Positions 27,301-32,000 of a stretch of 32,000 nt of DNA are shown piece by piece (within the stretch, counting starts at the first letter, position 1; the number at the start of each line of letters is the position of its first letter). A program made the translations under genes and the position numbers. The stretch spans positions 3,750,001 to 3,782,000 of the forward strand of contig NZ_CP074694.1 of NCBI RefSeq assembly GCF_018398935.1. The letters run 5' to 3'. The DNA is from Telmatocola sphagniphila (GTDB taxonomy: Bacteria; Planctomycetota; Planctomycetia; Gemmatales; Gemmataceae). The notes under the pieces were generated by a model. That model was not told the DNA's origin, did not search any database, and was given only the letters and a program-made list of their open reading frames with translations.

Positions 27301-27606
27301 GAGCCGGGTCAACAACCGGGTCAACAGCCCGGTCAGCAACCCGGCCAGAAGAATCAGCAAGCCAAGGAAGATAACCAGAACAAGGGAGACGGCAACCGCA
27401 CTCCCGATGGAAAAATGGCCAACCAGGCTTCGCAGCTCAAGAATGTCAATGGCGAAGGTGCCTTTATCAACCTGCCGGCCCAGCAGCGCGAAATGATCCT
27501 CCAAAAGATCAAGCAGCAGTTCCCGCCCGAATACGCCGAGTTGATCCGCAAGTATACAATTAACGTATCCGGCGGAAAACCGGCCGCAGAAGAGAAGAAG
27601 CCCTAA
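24376..27606 (+). CDS. Large secreted coiled-coil / low-complexity K-E-Q-rich protein with conserved C-terminal FPPEY motif
   Basis: The ATG at 24376 is preceded by GGGAG, inside track ORF 24331..27606. The start MLINWRVASLSITLLTGASA is signal-like. Several hundred residues are heptad-like and K/E/Q-rich, followed by GDK and PGQ repeat tracts. The C-terminus is LPAQQREMILQKIKQQFPPEYAELIRKY. Confidence 0.85.
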   Translation: MLINWRVASLSITLLTGASADKLFAQVSENAKQQINDSIASQKNLKDETLQTARRISTMLRVMAYNQIDAKSEKKLLQETATTLSHLSKDEMTAVLAHLEEAAHAKNYDKLNQEQAAAYDRHREIVSNLKGLLNKFDLIKSLDQAADRFDKLSREQLEVQLSAQLPRSQGNPDDPRVRFGNMRRSGNNSNPFSFEVERQSDIAKDVDVLIDQLKNLKPTLKGELAERYDKAKVNERAVTLLNCLITSLQRLGEKDVDSSSREQIESVRIMRDLALALRTPKNKLEMLKEAKRKLEETETAEQQLKTDTEKREEFRKREKVAQENEKQELTNKQARLEFEARDVRTQLQKESFNEVADKIRQAEEEMKQARENLKNPNQPDKEAVAKENNAIKKIDEAKEKIDQLIAKEEAKKNDPAEAVKATLADLEKVIKEQKDTKKKTEDNKNDAKKLPEIAEEQKKLQDKANEIANTPLPTKPEVQDNLKKAEQAMKEATKKLDDKKGDQAKAPQEQAINKLEQAKKGLEESLKELEKRKEDIAKLDKAIEKLDQLAKDEKQLSKDAQKNADENKPKEGTPLANKQEDLQKQTDQVKKDVEKVSPDAKEKLDQAGEKMESAKNDLKKEQLEKGAQESQDSAQKLEDAKQALQQQRDAKKAEDIASQQQLQPNQVQPMNAAQQLAKALEQTEKAEQQSNKAQQQLGEQQRANLEKLQKEIADKAEKLELPEAQKDAQKAAEALSKADFPEAIKNQEQAMDALAKAEPMKGEKGQKPDAADKGDAGDKGEPGEKGQKPDAGDPGDKGQKPDGDKGDKGQKPDGDKGEKGDKGDKGDAGDKGDAKPSGIPDPSAAKNPAELGQAQKQIKELTESLQKAAEANAQAQAALQQAQATAPSAVKPQLNNAAQQLQKAQQALQQSQSQPAQAAQAQQQAQQSLSEAMTQLMAAMALAEQQKGEPGQPGQPGQPGQEQANGQEPGQQPGQEPGQQPGQQPGQQPGQKNQQAKEDNQNKGDGNRTPDGKMANQASQLKNVNGEGAFINLPAQQREMILQKIKQQFPPEYAELIRKYTINVSGGKPAAEEKKP
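26659..26889 (+). repeat. GDK/GQKPD low-complexity tract with 33-bp tandem duplication
   Basis: GGTCAGAAGCCCGATGGAGATAAAGG occurs at 26767-26792 and again at 26800-26825. AAAGGCGACGCGGGAGATAAAGGCGA occurs twice (about 26693 and about 26848). The tract encodes GEKGQKPDAADKGDAGDKGEPGEKGQKPD.... Confidence 0.85.
27217..27348 (+). repeat. PGQ/PGQQ microrepeat tract
   Basis: The tract encodes GEPGQPGQPGQPGQEQANGQEPGQQPGQEPGQQPGQQPGQQPGQ from degenerate 9-12-bp repeats (CAACCCGGNCAA type). Confidence 0.85.
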
Positions 27607-27617
27607 TCTTTAATGCT

Positions 27618-27662
27618 CTTCGGGAGTTAGACGGCCTCCCCGGTCCGACTCCCGAGGCTTTT
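27618..27662 (+). terminator. Stem-loop with short T-run after the coiled-coil gene (weak intrinsic terminator or attenuator)
   Basis: CTTCGGGAGT (27618-27627) pairs with ACTCCCGAGG (27648-27657): 10 bp with one G-U. The loop is 20 nt, and CTTTTC follows. Confidence 0.4.
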
Positions 27663-27700
27663 CACTCCTGAATTCCATCCGGGTCTGGCAGCTAAGTCCC

Positions 27701-28705
27701 ATGCGTACACTTTTTTTCTTATTTGCGTTTCTGGGTCTCTCCACCCGCCTCTGCGCCGCTCCGCCGAAAGAGGATAACGTCAAGCTGGATGAACCAACCA
27801 AGAAAGCTTGCGAGCGAGCTTACGACTGGTTGAAATCCAAACAGAATGAGGATGGCTCCTGGGGTGACGCCCGCTATCCCCACAACACCGCCATCACCAG
27901 CTTCGTGCTGTTGGCCTATATGTCCCAAGGCCATATCCCCAATCAGGGAAAGTACGGGCCGGAAGTCGCCAAGGGCATTCGCTTCATTATCGCCTCGGCT
28001 CGGGAATCGGATGGCTATCTCGCGGGTCGCGGCGGCGGCAACATGTACTGTCACGGTATGTCCACCCTCGTGCTTTCCCAGGCGTGGGGGATGACGAAGG
28101 ACGAAGAAACAAAAAATACCCTGAAGCGGGCCGTCGATCTGATCGTTCGCAGCCAGTCCCCGGAAGGCGGCTGGCGCTATTCCCCTTCCCCTTCCGGTTC
28201 GGATATTTCGGTGACCATCATGCAAGTGATGGCCCTCCGCGGTGCCAAGGACAGCGGAATTCACGTTCCCGATAAGACCCTGAAAAATGCCCTGGAATAC
28301 ATTAACAAATGCTACGATCCGGGCTCCGGCGGCTACTGCTACATGCCGATGACTCGGGCTCCCGGCTTCGCCCGCACCGCCGCGGGGGTGTGCGTGGTAA
28401 AATTGACTGGCGAATACGATAAGAACGTCGACAGATCGATCGACTATATGCTTTCGCAGATGGACTTCCCCCGCGAACACTACTGGTACGGCCACTATTA
28501 TGCCTGTCACGCCATGCACCAAGTCGGTGGAAAAGCCTGGGAAAAGTACTACACGAACATGCGGAACAAGCTTTTGGAATCCCAGAATGAGGATGGCAAT
28601 TGGACCAAACCGATCGAGCATTCCGCCGGGACGATCTACAGCACGGCCATCGGAGTGATCATCCTGTCTGTCCCGGCTAATTATCTGCCGATCTTCCAGC
28701 GTTAA
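27701..28705 (+). CDS. Secreted prenyltransferase/squalene-cyclase-repeat (alpha-alpha toroid) protein
   Basis: A signal peptide MRTLFFLFAFLGLSTRLCA is followed by repeated QW-type motifs: WLKSKQNEDGSWGD, VRSQSPEGGWRYSP and LLESQNEDGNWTKP. Confidence 0.85.
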   Translation: MRTLFFLFAFLGLSTRLCAAPPKEDNVKLDEPTKKACERAYDWLKSKQNEDGSWGDARYPHNTAITSFVLLAYMSQGHIPNQGKYGPEVAKGIRFIIASARESDGYLAGRGGGNMYCHGMSTLVLSQAWGMTKDEETKNTLKRAVDLIVRSQSPEGGWRYSPSPSGSDISVTIMQVMALRGAKDSGIHVPDKTLKNALEYINKCYDPGSGGYCYMPMTRAPGFARTAAGVCVVKLTGEYDKNVDRSIDYMLSQMDFPREHYWYGHYYACHAMHQVGGKAWEKYYTNMRNKLLESQNEDGNWTKPIEHSAGTIYSTAIGVIILSVPANYLPIFQR

Positions 28706-28728
28706 TTTCGCGGATTGTTGTTTTGATG

Positions 28729-28772
28729 CGGGAGTTTTAAGAAATTCCCGACTTTTCCCAGCAATTGGGAAA
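28729..28772 (+). terminator. Two adjacent hairpins downstream of the toroid gene (possible terminator)
   Basis: Hairpin 1 is 28729-28750 (CGGGAGTTT/AAATTCCCG, about 9 bp including one G-U). Hairpin 2 is 28754-28772 (TTTCCCA/TGGGAAA, 7 bp). Only a short T-run lies between them. Confidence 0.3.
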
Positions 28773-28970
28773 GGTCGATGAAAATTCGATCAAAGCCATA
28801 ATTAATTGCACGTTCAAACGAATCCCTTTTTACAATACGATTTCGATGAGCTACTTTTTTGGATGATTTACTCGCAGGCCAAAAAGTTGGACATTGGCAT
28901 CGGATCTGTTGAAACTGCTAGAGATATATGCGGGTAGTAAAAACAGAATTACCCTTGGGGAGTTGACGCT

Positions 28971-30902
28971 ATGCTACGATCGCTGCTGGGAGGGTTACTG
29001 GCCTGTTGCCTTACCAGTTCACTCTATGCGGATCCCGTATTGGTAACCGATAAACTCGGAAAGAAAATTGATGGAGTCAAGCTGACTTCGCTGGAAGGGA
29101 AAATCACGGAGCTTTCCAGTTTTCAGGGCAAAAAAGGGATCGCGGTCGTCTTTCTGTCTTTTGAATGTCCCGTTTCCAACAGCTACGCCGTGACGCTGAC
29201 GGAGCTACATAAAAAGTACCAGGAAAAGGGCATTCAGTTCATCGGCCTCTGCCCTACCGATGAGCAGCCGGACTCTGTTCGCAAACTCGTCACAGAGTAC
29301 AAAATCCCCTTCCCCGTTTTCGTCGATCCCGAATTGACCGTGACCGATGCCTTCAAGGCCACCGCGACCCCTGAAGCCTTTCTGCTCGATCACAACTTCG
29401 TGCTCCGTTATCGCGGCCGGATTGATAATGCCTACTCCGCCCGGTTGAAGAAAAATCAGAACACCACCGAATTCGATCTGGTCAAAGCTTTGGACGAATT
29501 GGTCGCGGGCAAAGCGATCTCGACACCTGCGACTAAAGCCATCGGCTGTCCGGTAGTCGCGAAGGCGGCCTTGGATCGGAAAATCACCACGCAAATCACC
29601 TTCTACAAAAATGTCCTGCCGATCCTGCAGAAGAACTGCCAGGAATGCCATCGCCCCGGCGAAGTGGGCCCTTTCTCGCTGATGACCTACAAGCAGGCAG
29701 TGAACTGGGCCGACGATATCAAGGAATATTCCAAAAGCCGGCAGATGCCCCCCTGGAAACCGCACGGCGGCCCGGCCTACCTGAACGATCGCCGGATGAC
29801 GGATCAGGAAATTGAAACGATTGCCAAGTGGGTCGATGGCGGCACTCCCGAGGGGAATATTCAGGAGGCTCCAAAACCGCGTGAGTTCGTCGAAGGCTGG
29901 AAACTGGGCAAGCCCGATCTGATTCTGGAAGTTCCCGAAGATTTCCACGTCGGGCCCAGCGGCGTCGATGCCTTCCGTTGCTTTGTGCTCCCCACTGGCC
30001 TGACTGAAGACAAGTATGTAATCGCTCAGGAAGTACGACCGGGCAATCCAGCGGTGGTTCACCACACTCTGAACTTCTTTGATCTCACAGGCGGCGGCCG
30101 GGATATGGAGAAGAAAGAAAAAGAACGCAAGAAGGAGCCCAACGAACAGGACTACGGCCCAGGCTATTCGGTAGCCATGAGCGTCGGCTTCCTCCCCGAT
30201 GCCAGCAAGGCTCCCCCGGGTAAACCGGCCTTCGGTGGGCTTAGCGGTTGGGCGCCGGGTCAGGTTCCCAGGTTCCTACCGGAAGGGTCCGGCTACTTTC
30301 TTCCCGCCGGAGCCGACATTATCATTCAGACACACTATCACCGTAACGGCAAGCCGGAGAAAGATCGGCTGAAACTCGGTCTCTACTTCGCTAAAGGGAA
30401 CATCGACAAGCCATTCCGGACGGGCACCATCCAGGGACTTCGGCCATTCCTGAATGTCATCCCGGCCAACGAACCTCACTATGTCGCACACGGTACTGGT
30501 TGGGCTCAAAGCGATTGCACCCTGCATAGCGTAATGCCGCATATGCATCTGTTGGGCAAATCGGTGAAAGTGACCATGCAGCAACCGGGCCAGGATGCAA
30601 TAACCCTCGTCGATATTCACGAATGGGATTACAACTGGCAGGAAACTTACTGGTTGAAAGAGCCCATGGCGATCAAAAAGGGAACGAAGTTCGATATCGA
30701 AGCCGTTTACGATAACAGTTCCAAGAACCCCAACAATCCTACGAATCCTCCCAAAACTGTAATCGTCGGGGAACAGACCACCGATGAAATGCTCTTCGGG
30801 TTTATCGGGCTGACCCCCATAAAAGGAGCGGGCTCCGCTTCGATCCGACCGATTCCTCCGGCCACCCAGAAGCCGAAAGAGAAAACTCAAGACAAGAAAT
30901 AA
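28971..30902 (+). CDS. Fusion protein: thioredoxin-like (AhpC/TSA-redoxin) domain + c-type heme CxxCH (PSCyt1-like) + PHM/DBH-like copper monooxygenase domain
   Basis: The start is signal-like. The redoxin-like block is VVFLSFECPVSNSY...TPEAFLLD...RYRGRIDN. CQECH lies at 29637-29651 within VLPILQKNCQECHRPG. The C-terminal His/Met pattern is VVHHTLNFF, IIQTHYH, MPHMHLLG and TTDEMLFGF, in the order of the PHM CuH/CuM ligands. Confidence 0.8.
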   Translation: MLRSLLGGLLACCLTSSLYADPVLVTDKLGKKIDGVKLTSLEGKITELSSFQGKKGIAVVFLSFECPVSNSYAVTLTELHKKYQEKGIQFIGLCPTDEQPDSVRKLVTEYKIPFPVFVDPELTVTDAFKATATPEAFLLDHNFVLRYRGRIDNAYSARLKKNQNTTEFDLVKALDELVAGKAISTPATKAIGCPVVAKAALDRKITTQITFYKNVLPILQKNCQECHRPGEVGPFSLMTYKQAVNWADDIKEYSKSRQMPPWKPHGGPAYLNDRRMTDQEIETIAKWVDGGTPEGNIQEAPKPREFVEGWKLGKPDLILEVPEDFHVGPSGVDAFRCFVLPTGLTEDKYVIAQEVRPGNPAVVHHTLNFFDLTGGGRDMEKKEKERKKEPNEQDYGPGYSVAMSVGFLPDASKAPPGKPAFGGLSGWAPGQVPRFLPEGSGYFLPAGADIIIQTHYHRNGKPEKDRLKLGLYFAKGNIDKPFRTGTIQGLRPFLNVIPANEPHYVAHGTGWAQSDCTLHSVMPHMHLLGKSVKVTMQQPGQDAITLVDIHEWDYNWQETYWLKEPMAIKKGTKFDIEAVYDNSSKNPNNPTNPPKTVIVGEQTTDEMLFGFIGLTPIKGAGSASIRPIPPATQKPKEKTQDKK

Positions 30903-31030
30903 GCGTTGAATCGTCCATTTAATAGAGAGGCTGCGGGAACTGTCCCCTCCCTGAATCCTCTGGGCCCGGGCCATTCGGGCCTCTATACTTCCTACAGTTG
31001 GATTAACCGATCTCCATTCCCAGAAATCTC

Positions 31031-31894
31031 ATGAAATTTAAACTCCTTCTGGCCGTGTGCTTTCTGGCACAAGGCCATTCCTTCACGTCAGCTCAAGAAA
31101 CGACTCCCAAACCGAAGGAAGTTCTGCCGAGCTATCACATTCCCTATAAGCTCACCGACACCAAGCACGTCATGGTTCGGGTGAAGCTCAACGGAAAAGG
31201 CCCTTTCAACTTCATTCTGGACACCGGCGCCCCGGCCCTGATTCTCAGTGAGAAAGTGGCAGAGAAACTCGGCGTAAAGTCGGAAAATGGCTGGGCCACG
31301 TTCGATAAACTCGAAGTGGAAGGCGGCCTGACCATTCCCAAAGCCAAGGGACTCGCTATCGAGATGTTCCAGCTAAAGGGCATGAATGCTCTGGGCGTGG
31401 CCGGGGTCGAACTTCATGGCGTGCTCGGCTACACGGTGCTTGCCCAATTCGAAATCCAATACGACTTCACCAAAGATAAGCTGACCTGGAAGGCGCTTAA
31501 AGGATTCACTCCGGCGGATATTCAACGCTTAGGAGGAGGCAAGGATTCCAGCCAGGGCGGTCTCGAAATGATCGGCACCATGATGCAGACTCTGGGGCCA
31601 CTGATGGGGTTTAAGCCGAACTTCGAAACGCGGCCGCGCGGTTTCCTCGGCGTGACTCTCGAAGTTAAAGACGACAAACTGTTCATTCAATCGGTCATCC
31701 CGAACAGTCCGGCGGCCGATGCCGGTCTCGCGGCAGGCGATCGCATTGTCGCTCTCAATAAGAAAGAGACCGACAACTTCAAAGAAGCGATCAAAGCGAC
31801 CTCAAGTGTCGGCGAGAACGACAGCATCAAGTTGACGATCGAACGAGCCAAGGAAGAAAAATCCTACACCGTCAAATTGGGCAAAGGCCTGTAA
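31031..31894 (+). CDS. Secreted retropepsin-like aspartyl protease with C-terminal PDZ domain
   Basis: A signal peptide MKFKLLLAVCFLAQGHSFTSA is followed by a single DTG active-site motif (FNFILDTGAPALILS). The PDZ-like block is GFLGVTLEVKDDKLFIQSVIPNSPAADAGLAAGDRIVALN. Confidence 0.8.
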   Translation: MKFKLLLAVCFLAQGHSFTSAQETTPKPKEVLPSYHIPYKLTDTKHVMVRVKLNGKGPFNFILDTGAPALILSEKVAEKLGVKSENGWATFDKLEVEGGLTIPKAKGLAIEMFQLKGMNALGVAGVELHGVLGYTVLAQFEIQYDFTKDKLTWKALKGFTPADIQRLGGGKDSSQGGLEMIGTMMQTLGPLMGFKPNFETRPRGFLGVTLEVKDDKLFIQSVIPNSPAADAGLAAGDRIVALNKKETDNFKEAIKATSSVGENDSIKLTIERAKEEKSYTVKLGKGL

Positions 31895-31934
31895 CAGAAA
31901 TTTCACCGCGAGACGCTCGCACGAGAATAGATCC

Positions 31935-32000
31935 ATGAAACAGACACTAGCTTTTGGATGCTGCTTACTCCTTGCGCTGCAGGGACGAGCTCAGGACGCC
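31935..32000 (+). CDS. Start of a secreted protein (3'-truncated by window edge)
   Basis: The ATG at 31935 gives MKQTLAFGCCLLLALQGRAQDA, which is signal-peptide-like. Only 22 codons are visible. Confidence 0.4.
   Translation, partial: MKQTLAFGCCLLLALQGRAQDA

Noticed and set aside
1-32000. Search for tRNA, rRNA, CRISPR arrays or a glycine riboswitch.
   Set aside because: No T-loop or acceptor-like tRNA signatures, rRNA-like segments, or regularly spaced short direct repeats with unique spacers were seen. Any gcvT riboswitch would lie upstream of base 1.

Overview
This 32-kb window looks like a chromosome segment from a Planctomycetota-type genome. That origin is an inference from a PSCyt1-like CxxCH domain, a PEP-CTERM protein, GxxExxY and DUF4058-like genes, and a Bat-like MoxR/vWA cluster. 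All family calls come from motifs read by eye in the supplied translations; no BLAST or HMM search was run.

- **1-5274:** glycine-cleavage operon gcvT (5'-truncated by the window edge), gcvH, gcvPA and gcvPB, ending in a strong intrinsic terminator. A DUF4058-like (PD-(D/E)XK-like) gene sits between the two P-protein subunit genes.
- **5275-12870:** AT-rich accessory stretch. It holds a decayed Imm11/DUF1629-like gene with three in-frame stops. It also holds a roughly 1500-aa N/S/T/G-rich PEP-CTERM surface protein containing four tandem 594-bp repeats. An ISL3-family IS with intact ends (terminal IRs, 8-bp TSD) follows; its transposase is split at an A8 run.
- **12871-14990, minus strand:** SPFH, secreted alpha/beta hydrolase and Arc-like RHH genes in a row. 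Three GATATC-type repeats phased at 11 bp lie in the leader of the SPFH gene.
- **15277-28705, plus strand:** MoxR, DUF58, BatA-vWA, a second vWA/GATase-like protein, a membrane protein, a roughly 1080-aa coiled-coil low-complexity secreted protein and a prenyltransferase-like toroid protein. The moxR-DUF58 junction is interrupted by a GxxExxY (PD-(D/E)XK-like) gene bracketed by a 28-bp inverted repeat.
- **28971-32000:** a thioredoxin-like / heme-c / PHM-like copper-monooxygenase fusion, a retropepsin-PDZ secreted protease, and the start of another secreted protein.

No rRNA, tRNA or CRISPR array was recognised.
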